Positions 51,601 through 59,666 are shown, counted from the stretch's first letter. The stretch: 64,000 nucleotides of DNA from an uncultured virus (IMG/VR IMGVR_UViG_3300027278_000006) (IMGVR_UViG_3300027278_000006:62001-126000), one strand, 5' to 3'. Made by a program: numbers and translations. Notes: generated by a model not told the origin, from the letters alone.

Positions 51601-54600
51601 GCTACAAGAGATTGAATCTGTTGACTTGTGGTTCCAAATCCAACAGGAGTATATTGTATAGAAACAGAAATATTAGGATAACTAAAATATTGATATCCCG
51701 ATCCAGTAGAAGAAAATTTAATATAATTTTTTCTATTATAATTTGATATGTCAGTTCCACCAATTCCAGCATCACAAAGTCTAAAAGAATCATCATTATT
51801 TTTCAATACATGATATTGAGATAATGTAGAAATTCCAATTGTAGATGTTTCATATTGATAAGTTACAAGTTCTCCACTCTTAAATCCATGATTTTCGAAA
51901 CTAATCGTGTAGTTTATTGTGGATATTCCTGTTGAAGAAACAATTAACTCTCTATTTGTATATCCATTCCCACCATTTAATATTTTAATCTCTGATATGG
52001 TATTTTTAAATGATGCAGTAGAAAACTTATGTATTCCTCCGGCACTAATTCCATTAAATTTGATAGTATTAATTCCCGACTGATAATCAGAATTGGACTG
52101 ATAAAGTCTGATAGTTCTGTTATTATCAACTTTAGAATAATATGTGGCATTATTTACTAAAGTTAAATTTGTAGTACCAATACCAATTGAAGAATTTCCA
52201 TTAGAATTGTAAACTACTAATTCCCCATTGCTTAAATTGTGATTCGTTAAAAATGACAATTGATTTGTCGTTGAACTAATTCCCCCAGAATTTGTGGTCA
52301 ATCTTCCATCGAAGAAAATATCTCTTCTTCTCTTCGTAAGAATGGGTTCTAATACGCAACCAGACCCATTACCACCAGTTACACCAATAGATACAATTGT
52401 ATTGATATCATAGTCTTGAGAATCGATGTAAACTTTTTTAATTGACCCACCAACTACTGGTCTAACTAATGCTGTAGATCCAATTCCAGAAGAAACGGAT
52501 ATTGATGGGGGATTAATAACATCATAGTCTATTCCACCATTTAATACACTAATAGATTTTAAAGGACCATAGTATACTTTATCATTGGATTTATAACTAT
52601 TAACTTCAACACCATTAATTAACATTCCGACTGAACCTGGAATTGTTAATTCTCCAGTTCCAGTATCGATACTTTCAGATAATGGAAATTTTTTGAGTAA
52701 TTTTTGAGCACCAATTATACCAGATTTCTGAGAATATAATGTAAATCTATGAGTTTGATTGGCAAAATTTGAATTTGAAAATGTTAAGAAATTATCAGTT
52801 CCAACAAATGATAATGATGAATATAATCTTATTTTATTAGATGGATCTAGAACTTGTACATAATAATCTCCAGTATCTAATCCAACAATAGGTGTTCCTG
52901 ATGGTTGATAGTAAATTCTATCGCCAGTGATAAATGGAACTGGATTTTGAAATACTATACTTGTGTAGTTGTTATCTATTACATCAGCAGTTCCTATTCC
53001 AACTGATGTTTTAATATCTTTTGTTATTTTATATGTAAAATTTCCATCATATCCATCTCTACCCGATGGTAATGAGTTAGAAGCTACATAGGCATACTCA
53101 TCATCAGTATATAAATTTTGAATATCTGATAAAATAACATTATTTCCAAATTCTATTGGAACTACTGTACTGTTTGCGGTATTAATTTTTCTTCTTAAAT
53201 CATACTTCACTCCATTTTCTGCCGTGAAGTTTAAATTATATATAATAACTCTATTTTGTGAAGATATAATATCCGAAATATATGCACCAGAAGATGAAAC
53301 TACAACATTACTATTTTTTTCTAAAATTTCTACTTCATCTCCAATTTTTAAACTAGACCTGTCAATTGGACTTTTTAAAGTAAAATTACTGATATTTTCT
53401 ATTTCATATCTAGATCCAGTATTGTATATCCACGAATTTGCAAATATTTCTTTATATGTCTTATTCTGCTGCGGATTTTGAATCAAATCCCCAATATTTT
53501 TAACTGATATTTTTTGCCCTTCATCCAAATTTAAAGTATCTGATACTTGAACAAATTTAGATAATACTCCCGTAAGTCTTAACTCAACTTTTTTATCCAA
53601 ATCTCCATTTTCATATCCAAAATAAATTTCATCAGATCTTATATCGGCAGATGATAAAATTGAAGATGTAATTCCAGTACATCCAAAAAACTGATTAATA
53701 CTCTTACTTGTATAAGTGATAGTATTAATTCCAGATATGATGGTTCCAATTCCAGCAAATCCTATTGTAGAGTCTACTGAAATTACTGACGACCCGATGG
53801 CAACATTTTTTAGACTTTTTGTATTTGGAGTAATTGTAAAATTTCCAAGAACAGCGGAAAAATTTTCATATCCAACAAAAAGTGAAATCTTAAAATATTG
53901 TATATTATTTCTGGTAAATAGTTCTACTTCAGAAATTGAGGCACTAGTGCTCTCATCATTAAATTTCTGAATTGTTTGACCTACCAATTTAGAAGGATCT
54001 CCAGAAATTCTTTCTGCAATTACAATTTCTCTTCTTATAAATTCTGCCGAAGATGGTTTAATTAAAAACTCCTCTAAATTTACTACCAGAGGAGTTACTC
54101 CATATAAAATATTAAATAAAATTCTAAATGATTCGTCAGTCCCCTTTGCCTGATAAAATGATCTTGCTTCCTTTATAAAATTACCAACATTTAAATTTGA
54201 TACAAAATCAACTTCTTCCAGACCTGGAGTAAAAGTGTATTTTATTTTTTTATAAAACTCTTTTAAGAATAAAGAACTTAGATTTTGTACGGATGATCCA
54301 GCACTATGAAATGTAGATATCGATTCTGAAAATACTAATTCTTCTTGATTTGAATTTGAATGATAATTAGTAATGCCACTAAACCCACGAACACATCCTG
54401 TAAATGTATTTGTGGTTATTCCGGTATATGTAATAATTTCATCATCAATCTTCAATAAACCATAAGTTTGAGGAAAACCTTTAGTACTACTTACTGTAAT
54501 AATATTTGATGTTGTTGTGATTCCTATTGTAAGTATCGTACTATCAACTACAACTTCTGGAGTTAGATTATCTAATTTCAAATATTGATCTAAATTTTCT

Positions 54601-54755
54601 GCAATATCAACTACACCACCTTGATATTCTTGAGAAATATAATATTGCTTTAAAAATTCTGCCGTATTTGGACTTTCATCCAAAATAAAGTTTGGAAGTT
54701 GATTTTCAATAACTTGCTGAACCTTAACTCTAGATTCGAACCCAGTCTGTATCAT
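42615..54755 (-). CDS. gp7: Baseplate wedge initiator, very large (4046 aa)
   Basis: FLKQYYISQE, FYQAKGTDESFRILF, IIGWAYDGNPIYG, YYQNLSYTVKS, LVHTSGLKNF; located between gp6 and gp8. Confidence 0.85.
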   Translation of the reverse strand: MIQTGFESRVKVQQVIENQLPNFILDESPNTAEFLKQYYISQEYQGGVVDIAENLDQYLKLDNLTPEVVVDSTILTIGITTTSNIITVSSTKGFPQTYGLLKIDDEIITYTGITTNTFTGCVRGFSGITNYHSNSNQEELVFSESISTFHSAGSSVQNLSSLFLKEFYKKIKYTFTPGLEEVDFVSNLNVGNFIKEARSFYQAKGTDESFRILFNILYGVTPLVVNLEEFLIKPSSAEFIRREIVIAERISGDPSKLVGQTIQKFNDESTSASISEVELFTRNNIQYFKISLFVGYENFSAVLGNFTITPNTKSLKNVAIGSSVISVDSTIGFAGIGTIISGINTITYTSKSINQFFGCTGITSSILSSADIRSDEIYFGYENGDLDKKVELRLTGVLSKFVQVSDTLNLDEGQKISVKNIGDLIQNPQQNKTYKEIFANSWIYNTGSRYEIENISNFTLKSPIDRSSLKIGDEVEILEKNSNVVVSSSGAYISDIISSQNRVIIYNLNFTAENGVKYDLRRKINTANSTVVPIEFGNNVILSDIQNLYTDDEYAYVASNSLPSGRDGYDGNFTYKITKDIKTSVGIGTADVIDNNYTSIVFQNPVPFITGDRIYYQPSGTPIVGLDTGDYYVQVLDPSNKIRLYSSLSFVGTDNFLTFSNSNFANQTHRFTLYSQKSGIIGAQKLLKKFPLSESIDTGTGELTIPGSVGMLINGVEVNSYKSNDKVYYGPLKSISVLNGGIDYDVINPPSISVSSGIGSTALVRPVVGGSIKKVYIDSQDYDINTIVSIGVTGGNGSGCVLEPILTKRRRDIFFDGRLTTNSGGISSTTNQLSFLTNHNLSNGELVVYNSNGNSSIGIGTTNLTLVNNATYYSKVDNNRTIRLYQSNSDYQSGINTIKFNGISAGGIHKFSTASFKNTISEIKILNGGNGYTNRELIVSSTGISTINYTISFENHGFKSGELVTYQYETSTIGISTLSQYHVLKNNDDSFRLCDAGIGGTDISNYNRKNYIKFSSTGSGYQYFSYPNISVSIQYTPVGFGTTSQQIQSLVATPIVKGNIIDAYLYESGTGYGSTIVNLERRPLITIKTGKEAKLKPIIVNGQINSVNIQYGGVDYYSTPDLVVTDLTGAGSGADLRPVITNQKITDIKIVNPGIGYSSTSTIIKVNPSGSNAILSANIRDLTVNNNLKFGDEILIETENQLQYSVCGYFENLRTSFGDSGSQVSNIIGWAYDGNPIYGAYGYSNPEDTNSTPKILTSGYTLSSSNIIDRPELPLGFFVEDYKYTNSGDLDENNGRFGKTPEFPNGVYAYFATINPTSFTSQFPYFIGNKYRSNTINENYTLNQTFDFNNSNLLRNTLPYKVSDNYAKNDFIVETNEITSQESIVESVSEGFVSSFDIINSGSDYKVNDILNFNDSGTSGGGLIARVSSIEGKDITKIDTSIETYENSIFTYNAGGEVKVTIKPYHNLSNNDFVMVSGFSTNLSKLNNSYKIGVSSYYSNVLKDIPSTSTSGLTTEIYITQLPETVSIGSSIAIGSERLSVLEVYKNLNILKVERGSTGVSHTATTQINFIPDSFIISQKIDYFESNVNDKVFFNPKQSVGIGTTPGITNKITFQFGDSNITRTVPTQGIYIENHPFKNNQQVIFASNGNGVISISTSLSTGTFDLPQNVYVTNKNKNTIGIKTTLNSSEVFFITNGSDNDKYSFESTYPQIVGKVERVKSTVSVSTSHELSSGDVISLSIEPNLSVGIGTSTGIRVKRDLITGNILINPIGFTSTGINTSTNSISINSHNLKTGDKILYSSNLVASGLSTGFYYVYRVNDNTIKLSETYLDSKTIPPTTVSIAGTGGSSQSISLINPQIESIKNNNLIFNLSDNSLAGYKFKLYYDQDYNNEFISTPSSNLFTLSDIGTIGVSTNASLAINYSESLPTKLYYNLEKSGYISTSDTEVNNYSEILFANSVYRSNYIISGVGATTFNVSLSKKPEKLTYIQNECDKLQYTTTSLSAKGPIDRIDIISGGSGYKKLPTFVGSNSANGKDAYITPKSTSIGNAKEVRIVNEGFQYSSDKTLQPVAFISPLITIKDSNTIGIVTVNNGGNGYTDSPSVIIVNSSTGEKIDSGILEAKLSGNSIDSISIIQQPNGLPETTVQLFTTNNTNGISIQQVQSSSSGIFTCFITTPTLGFSTFVPYPFSANDQVFVEGIQKFSTEGTGFNSEDYGYKFFKIQSINTAGVLDSVTINISGLTTNTGIAKTIQDSVGNIIKRTDYPSFTVTQIPSQFIVGEKLISNDTERDLEISSYENSFIKVSGTYELSVGEIIIGKESGNIATIDKIESGIGRFKIDYSVEKNIGWSNDIGKLDQDNQVIPNNDYYQNLSYTVKSPITYQELRTPVNSLVHTSGLKNFADTGITSTTNFGAINSENATSIIYDIIEENRVDTIYDFDLVKDIDVVGTSSKFLKLKNKKLTDYIECRSNVVLKIDDINRQFSDSDGNPSEFLNLLQLNSGVSYNNILVRVSSLDNTEIQLTELVLLNNGSNPFLAEKSTLVNTGVGLTHISGEPIGKFILIEDDVDDNTYLRFIPNNPFDIDYDVKLINSNFNSPLVGIGTTSVGFINLTGSNRTAASGIQTSLVSVESNKFSSLYLNVQIVGSATTQMNFAEVYLNHKEYVNLLSTTINSTVGIGSTVIFVADTTGLIVGVSSVSVVGAAITNRPIVAIGSTFVQIGTASTSSSIIGVGTVVNFSTIIDDTYISEYYFDSEFSSNYYSGNNIGIFTASISPSGILSLNYINNSSNPVNVRSKVVGFGTTSVGTGAYRFISPGQIPGNERSAVYQSTYSSTVSSASTVISLDKSNFNAVKSLVEVSVGSTSALHQIMLIQDETDIYVQQSPFLSVGSTNGIGTFGGEYSGSNFILKFYPDTTITSKVNISAFNQCFYTTLDIQNTAPNLSYGTVEESIDIKLYNAINGSRINKTNFNLNSNGIEIFRKRFNPINPLTPDPSTGIFTIQNHFFSNLEKLIYTPKSTFIGVGASAVGIGSTLNSVGVVTTILPSDVYVIKLSDNTFKLSTRKDYATLGIGVTFTSYGSGNAHQLEMDKKLEKSLITIDNIAQYPLQFTPIAYNLLGNGGQISAGSSIFALSGISTIIPKDILKIDNEYMGIINVGLGTTNVGPITNSGNVNLVEVTRAFVGSSATTHTDTTSVRIYKGSYNIVDSNIFFAESPRGNPQIERDSSNLTFETSDFTGRVFLRNDYTSNQLYDDISSQFTGIGRTFTLTVGGANTVGLGTTGGNGILFINGVFQTPTTINNPQNNFSIIENTVSGISSVVFSGITSSGTGTIITSDFDVNQNQTPRGGIIISLGSSIGLGYAPLVGAAVTAVVGAGGSIVSVGLGTTDNLGSGYNGVVSVGVSVYQSDHIGDTAIITASVGAGGTLSFTVVGGGTGYTNPKVFVSEPSYENLSVIGVSRLGLGATTRTGIGLLLNVEVGASSATGIGSTYFEVSRFSISRQGYSFRRGDVFKPVGLVTAKGLASPLSEFQLTVVDTFSDSFAAWQFGEFDYIDSVKNYQDGVRTRFPLFYNNELLSFESLEDSQINLSNALLIVINGVIQDPGVAYEFDGGTSFVFTTAPRPEDNVAIFFYKGTDGDDVIVNDTINETLKRGDTVQVLKNNSIPGTITQDKRTIFDLSFSDKFETNLYSNQGVDSENNKPLSWIKQKVDRKINGEDVYKTRDSIESLIYPTAKIIKDFSTTSDEIFVDNAEFFNYDLTAPEKFDALIFSGVADPVSAGITAIVSIAGTIQSLSISNPGSGYTGASVTVKIAAPSTVGILTSLPMGGIGIGSTATATIAVSAAGSLTTPITIINPGLGYSVGRPPEVIVPLPDPIYENITNISLVNGFSGTIIGIGTTTGSGGNPLALKFTLEGPVGFPQLQTGYPIYIFDTRVGKGVTSINSSNSAVVGIGTTFVDNIYYIHQISSTSTTGIITCNILSTTSVVGLASTGSISNPIGKFSWGRMSGFNRSSSAISIGVTGNTVDVGLSTFATIQRRGVGIRQTGALPKLL

Positions 54756-54756
54756 A

Positions 54757-56631
54757 TTATGCTCTTATTAAATTCCCGTTTGAATAACTTGATGTATAAT
54801 AGTCTCTGGCAAATAATGTACCTGATATTTCATCACCGGAGGCAACTACATCTCTTACCATATTTATTGTGCTTTTTGAAATACTAAAATTTAAATATAA
54901 ATCTTTTAGTCCAAGAACATCATTAGATTCTGGGAATGCCTGTATTTCGATAATATCATTTTCTTTAGATGTTGAAATAATGTTTATGGTTCCCAATTTA
55001 ATTTCACCTTTCACATAATCAACTGTTCCGGAAGATTTTGCAACTATTCTTGTAGTTCCATCGCTTAAAGGTTTTACTATTGATAGTATTCCAGTTTTTC
55101 CATCGCTATTAGGTACATCTGTTAGATATACGGTATCCGAATCTGCAGAAATTTTAAATCCAGTGCTTTTAATATTAAAACCGCCACTATTGATATGAAA
55201 TTTATTTCCAAAGCATAGTTCATATTGTGCAAACTGGTTTATCTGCGCTTTCAAATCTCTTCTAATTCTAACCTTAGTGATATTAGAAGTTATAGCAATA
55301 TCAGTATTGTCAATTATTTGAAGAACCTTACTATATTTAAATCTTCCACCAAATGAATTGAGATCCACAGAATCGGAATATTCTGTCAATGAATTTATAA
55401 TTTTTGTTTTCAATGATTCTACTGCCGATACTTGAGCATAGTTGTAATAAATTGATGAATCAATTTCTACATATAATATCTTAAGATCAATTATTTTTTG
55501 ATTAATTCCAGAAATACTATATTGCTTTAATTTATTTTTAATTTGTTCTTTATTAAAATCGGAAACAAAAGTTCCATTTTTTGGTTTAATACTTATTGAT
55601 ACTGTACCAAATTCTGGTGGATCTAATTCTTCACCTCCAATAACAGCAACTGATTCGGTATCTGGATATATTTTTTTTATAATTGCCTCATAATCTCTTG
55701 ATGTTACTGCCCTATATTGAGAGGAATAAATTCTTGGGGCAAAATATTTGACAGAATCTATGGATTCTATTTCAGAACCATTTTGAGATGACTGATTCGT
55801 TATAACAGAGACCGAACCTGTTTCACTATTTGGACTAGTGCTCCCGGCAAAAGAAAATGAAGAAGCACCATTACCATCTTCACCATCGGTAACAATATAA
55901 TTTACTGTAATTACTGAATTGTTTTCTAATTTTTTTCCAATCAGTCCATCACCGAAAAGTAATTCATATTTTTCATCTTGAACTTCTTGTAGGAGATATA
56001 TTCTTGAGGATGAATCTACATTAAGAATATTATCAACAGAAGAATATTCTACTCCAAGACCACTATCATTAATTCCCTTCACATAGACTGAGATGGTGGA
56101 AGTATCAATAAATGAGTTGTTTAAAATAAATCTTTGATCCAGAGATCCATCTACTGTAAATTGTTTAGTTAAAAATGTTCCTTGATAGATATTAATATTA
56201 TTAAAAGATGCTGCTCCGTCTACAACATTTGATGATATGTTGTCTGGGATTGAAAATGTGTATGAAGTATTATCTACAGAACCTATACAGACTAGACCTT
56301 TCTGTAAGGTAAGTGTGGGAGTTGCGGTTGTGGGGATATTAAATGATATTTGTGCCTTTGCTGCCGTCCTGGAGCGAGGTACGTAACCGATATTTCTTGC
56401 TAGTGAAACAACATTTTCACGAACAGTTGCAGAATCCAGAAAGGATTCGTTCACAACCATATTCGAGTTGAATGAGGTAATATAGGTATTATATGCTAGC
56501 GTGTCTATTAGTACAGAAAAATTAGATCCCTCAAAGTCAAAATCCGTGAATGTGGAGTTGGCACGGAGATAATCTTTAATGGATGTCTTTATCTGATCGA
56601 AATCTAGATTTGTAAATTTAGTAAAAGGCAT
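54757..56631 (-). CDS. gp6: Baseplate wedge subunit
   Basis: LDFDQIK, DFDFEGSNFSVLIDTLAYNT, QYRAVTSRDY. Confidence 0.95.
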   Translation of the reverse strand: MPFTKFTNLDFDQIKTSIKDYLRANSTFTDFDFEGSNFSVLIDTLAYNTYITSFNSNMVVNESFLDSATVRENVVSLARNIGYVPRSRTAAKAQISFNIPTTATPTLTLQKGLVCIGSVDNTSYTFSIPDNISSNVVDGAASFNNINIYQGTFLTKQFTVDGSLDQRFILNNSFIDTSTISVYVKGINDSGLGVEYSSVDNILNVDSSSRIYLLQEVQDEKYELLFGDGLIGKKLENNSVITVNYIVTDGEDGNGASSFSFAGSTSPNSETGSVSVITNQSSQNGSEIESIDSVKYFAPRIYSSQYRAVTSRDYEAIIKKIYPDTESVAVIGGEELDPPEFGTVSISIKPKNGTFVSDFNKEQIKNKLKQYSISGINQKIIDLKILYVEIDSSIYYNYAQVSAVESLKTKIINSLTEYSDSVDLNSFGGRFKYSKVLQIIDNTDIAITSNITKVRIRRDLKAQINQFAQYELCFGNKFHINSGGFNIKSTGFKISADSDTVYLTDVPNSDGKTGILSIVKPLSDGTTRIVAKSSGTVDYVKGEIKLGTINIISTSKENDIIEIQAFPESNDVLGLKDLYLNFSISKSTINMVRDVVASGDEISGTLFARDYYTSSYSNGNLIRA

Positions 56632-56632
56632 T

Positions 56633-57034
56633 TTATCTTGTTGCCTCTAGTATGAATGAATATTCTTGAGTTGGAAATTCTTGCCCTATAATATCAAAAA
56701 TAATTGTTACATTAAAGGTATTATCATCTGGAATAGGATCTACCTGAACTTCTACATTATTAACTCTTGGTTCAAAGTTATTAATGGATATTTCAATTTG
56801 ACTTTGTATTACTGATGCAGTACCAAAATCAACAAATTCAAATAAACTTTTTGTAATATCAGATCCTAAGAGTGAATTGAAGAATCTTTCCGTTGGAATA
56901 GTTTCTACAATATTTCTTACTGATCTACGAATTGCATTTTCATTCTTTAGTATCGGCAGATCCTTTGTCACTGGATGTGGTTCAAAGGATAAACTGATAT
57001 CTTTGAATGATCTGGATATCCTTTGAATTGCCAT
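56633..57034 (-). CDS. gp25: Baseplate wedge subunit (lysozyme-like fold)
   Basis: FKDISLSF, AIRRSVRNIV, ERFFNS.LGS, NFEPRV; TATAAATA at 57054-57061. Confidence 0.93.
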   Translation of the reverse strand: MAIQRISRSFKDISLSFEPHPVTKDLPILKNENAIRRSVRNIVETIPTERFFNSLLGSDITKSLFEFVDFGTASVIQSQIEISINNFEPRVNNVEVQVDPIPDDNTFNVTIIFDIIGQEFPTQEYSFILEATR

Positions 57035-57062
57035 CGAACGAAAGTTTTTTATTTATTTATAC

Positions 57063-57239
57063 CTACTTCCAGGAAGAACCATAGTTTGGTTCTGTTCCAT
57101 AAGACCAATCATCATAGTCTTCATCATTACGAATTTTTTCGTGCAGTTCAACTTGTTTTTTTAGGTTATGCTTCGGTGCAACATCATAGACCACTTCTTG
57201 AATGAGTCTTTTTTGATTTTCTTCTGATTCGAATAGCAT
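57063..57239 (-). CDS. 58-aa hypothetical protein
   Basis: Manual translation MLFESEENQKRLIQEVVYDVAPKHNLKKQVELHEKIRNDEDYDDWSYGTEPNYGSSWK; AGGAG RBS. Confidence 0.65.
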   Translation of the reverse strand: MLFESEENQKRLIQEVVYDVAPKHNLKKQVELHEKIRNDEDYDDWSYGTEPNYGSSWK

Positions 57240-57305
57240 TTTGAAACTCCTGTTTTAATTTAAAACAGAACTTTTATAAAGGAGGTTTCTATCTCCTATT
57301 ACTAT

Positions 57306-57647
57306 TTAACGATTTACTTCTCGAAGATTGTAATTATCAGAATTTAGATATTTTAATAATTCAATTGCAACTAGTCTAGGATTTCCTTCACCACAAGTAT
57401 AGACATCAATTGCTATACAACCATTTTCAGGCCAGGTGTGGCAAGAAACATGACTTTCTGAGAGTGCAATAACAATAGTACATCCTTGAGGAAAAAAACA
57501 ATGAGAAAAAATATTCAAAATAGTCATATTTGCACGATTAATACCCTTCTCCATTGTTTCTTGGAGAGATATTACGTCATTTAAGAGGTTAAATTTAACA
57601 TCATACACCTCCAAAAGGAGATGAGTTCCCATCGAATGCTGTTTCAA
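57306..57647 (-). CDS. speD: S-adenosylmethionine decarboxylase proenzyme (pyruvoyl class 1b)
   Basis: GTHLLLEV, F.PQGCT, LSE|SHVSCHTWPE, IDVYTCG. Confidence 0.92.
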   Translation of the reverse strand: MKQHSMGTHLLLEVYDVKFNLLNDVISLQETMEKGINRANMTILNIFSHCFFPQGCTIVIALSESHVSCHTWPENGCIAIDVYTCGEGNPRLVAIELLKYLNSDNYNLREVNR

Positions 57648-57679
57648 CTAAATTTTATGTAAAAAAAATATTTAGTCTA

Positions 57680-58171
57680 TTATCTCCAATGATTATTTGG
57701 TCTTTCCCACCAAAAATGAAGGTCTACTTTACTATCATCATAGTATAACGAGACAAAATCACTTTTAAATTTACTATGAATATTCTCACATAATGCTACT
57801 GTATAGTATTTTTTGTCAATTATATCCGTAATCCATTTATAATTACCTCCTCTTATAACTCCTGCCTCAATTAAAACAAATTTTTTCCACTGTTTTGACC
57901 ACTTTAAATAGTTTTCAATAAAATCTTTACGATATTCGTTTACATTTTCATCCGGAAATGGAACATTAACTGATTCTATATGAAATATTTCTCCATCCAT
58001 ACTTAAAGAATGTGAAAGATGTTGTGTCACAATTGCGGAATAATCGGGAGAAACCATTAAAAAACAAGTATCGGAAGGATGAATATCAATCTCCGATACT
58101 TGAATGAGATAAGTTATTTGTTGAATTAGTGCCTTTTCTTTATCTTCAGAAATGAAAAGCAATGGATTCAT
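57680..58171 (-). CDS. Phosphoribosyltransferase-fold-like protein with a divergent PRPP loop
   Basis: FVLIEAGVIRGGNY resembles hhhhDDhh.tG.T; C-terminal FWWE. Confidence 0.45.
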   Translation of the reverse strand: MNPLLFISEDKEKALIQQITYLIQVSEIDIHPSDTCFLMVSPDYSAIVTQHLSHSLSMDGEIFHIESVNVPFPDENVNEYRKDFIENYLKWSKQWKKFVLIEAGVIRGGNYKWITDIIDKKYYTVALCENIHSKFKSDFVSLYYDDSKVDLHFWWERPNNHWR

Positions 58172-58320
58172 TTTTTACCTTGTCCCCTGTATTTCTTACG
58201 AGCTTTATTACGAGAAGATGCCGCATACTTAGTATGAGCACCACAACCTTGCTTAGTTTTCTTGGGGAGAGATTCAATTACTTGCTTCCCACCACCACCT
58301 GATGATTTTTTAATTGCCAT
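58168..58320 (-). CDS. 50-aa basic peptide
   Basis: Manual translation MAIKKSSGGGGKQVIESLPKKTKQGCGAHTKYAASSRNKARKKYRGQGKK; coupled overlaps at both ends; AGGAG RBS. Confidence 0.7.
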   Translation of the reverse strand: MAIKKSSGGGGKQVIESLPKKTKQGCGAHTKYAASSRNKARKKYRGQGKK

Positions 58321-58484
58321 TAATTTTCTCCTATAATTTCAGTTTCAATTTCATTTGGATTTGGAGAACCCGTCTGATAAAATTGTACGGACAGATCCTC
58401 CATAGTATTGAAGTATTCTTCTTCTGTAAGATTAGAATAAATTTTACGACCCTTACAGATTATATTGTAAGATTCGTTAGTCAT
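58320..58484 (-). CDS. 54-aa acidic hypothetical protein
   Basis: Manual translation MTNESYNIICKGRKIYSNLTEEEYFNTMEDLSVQFYQTGSPNPNEIETEIIGEN; TGATG/TAATG coupling. Confidence 0.7.
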   Translation of the reverse strand: MTNESYNIICKGRKIYSNLTEEEYFNTMEDLSVQFYQTGSPNPNEIETEIIGEN

Positions 58485-59242
58485 CAAATTACTCTTGTCT
58501 TTTCGTGACCGACTCTAATACGAGGGTCGCACCAAATCTCAAATCCTGCTTCTTTTGCATCCAAACAGAATGATACATCTTCTCCACACATATCCTGAAC
58601 TTCTCCAGATTCAAAGACTTGCATCTTTGGTGCAAACCATGGATATGTCATCTCCGAGTGCTCGAAGACTCCTTTCTTAATCAGTAACCAACCAAATCCT
58701 GCATAATCAACTGTGAATGGTTTGCGACGCTTGGAGATGCTATCGACGGTCTCATGATTCATGACTCCACCATTATTGCGGAAATCATCTTCTTCCATCC
58801 AGTGTGCCACTGAGGTTGTATGCCCGTCTTCGGTTGCATACCATCCAGATGCAATATCTTTGTCCATAAGAACTAATTGCCAAAACTTTTCACTATTGAA
58901 GACAATATCAGAGTCAATCCAAAGTTGCCAATCATAATTGAGTTTTCCATCCCAGGGAAGTTGATTTGGACCTCTGAGTACATTCGCACCCAAACATTTG
59001 CATCGTGCAAAGTTTACCATGGATGAATAGTCTTGTGAGATTTGAATGCTTGCACCGTTCTGTACAAGATCAAAGCACAATTGAACAAAACTTTTCAGAT
59101 ATGTATAGGAGACTCCTCTTCCGGGAAGACAAAAGACAATTGATTTGCCTCGTACCATTTCCCTTGCTAGATCGTAATCCCATTCTAATTCTTTATTTGC
59201 TGCTACGGGGGCAGATGCTTTAACGGTAAATCCTTTAGCCAT
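58484..59242 (-). CDS. GT-A fold glycosyltransferase-like protein
   Basis: FARC, QLWIDSDIVF (DxD), GFGWLLIKKGVFE, GEDVSFC, GFEIWCDPRIRVGH. Confidence 0.8.
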   Translation of the reverse strand: MAKGFTVKASAPVAANKELEWDYDLAREMVRGKSIVFCLPGRGVSYTYLKSFVQLCFDLVQNGASIQISQDYSSMVNFARCKCLGANVLRGPNQLPWDGKLNYDWQLWIDSDIVFNSEKFWQLVLMDKDIASGWYATEDGHTTSVAHWMEEDDFRNNGGVMNHETVDSISKRRKPFTVDYAGFGWLLIKKGVFEHSEMTYPWFAPKMQVFESGEVQDMCGEDVSFCLDAKEAGFEIWCDPRIRVGHEKTRVI

Positions 59243-59264
59243 AATAGTAAGTAGTTACTTCAGT

Positions 59265-59293
59265 ATCATACAACATTATATATCAGTTGTCAA
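59265..59293 (-). promoter_or_regulatory. sigma70-type promoter for the glycosyltransferase operon
   Basis: TTGACA-17 nt-TATGAT. Confidence 0.75.
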
Positions 59294-59464
59294 TCAATCG
59301 TTTTCGGAAAGAATCACATCTTTACCATCCAATAAAAACTTGACTTCGGTATCTTCATACCAAGAAAGTTCGTTCATAATTTGTTCGGGGATTATTAAAA
59401 AATATTGCCCGGTAATTGGATCAACTTGTATGGACTCGAAAATTTCCTCGGAATTTTTTTTCAT
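59294..59464 (-). CDS. AbrB/MazE-like swapped-hairpin small protein
   Basis: Manual translation MKKNSEEIFESIQVDPITGQYFLIIPEQIMNELSWYEDTEVKFLLDGKDVILSEND (IP..i...L.w..g..v pattern). Confidence 0.6.
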   Translation of the reverse strand: MKKNSEEIFESIQVDPITGQYFLIIPEQIMNELSWYEDTEVKFLLDGKDVILSEND

Positions 59465-59621
59465 TTTCGTGTTTATAAAACTTTATTTTATTTTTTATAT
59501 AGCGAAAAATTTTTTTATGTTTGGTGTTTATACATCTCTCGCTTCCGTAACACTTTGTAGGTTAGGGTAGTTAGGCGTTTTTATATACGGGGCGGCGGGG
59601 GGTCGGCACCGCGCCATGGGC

Positions 59622-59666
59622 ACTGTCCCCACACGAACGACCAGACTGCCCCGGCACGAACGACCA
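59622..59666. repeat. Imperfect tandem repeat (2 x 22 bp) at the edge of the GC-rich island
   Basis: ACTGTCCCCACACGAACGACCA (59622-59643) and ACTGCCCCGGCACGAACGACCA (59645-59666). Confidence 0.7.

Noticed and set aside
59558..59577. GTTAGGGTAGTTAGG as a telomere-like repeat
   Set aside because: Only one true TTAGGG unit; kept only as part of the boundary element finding
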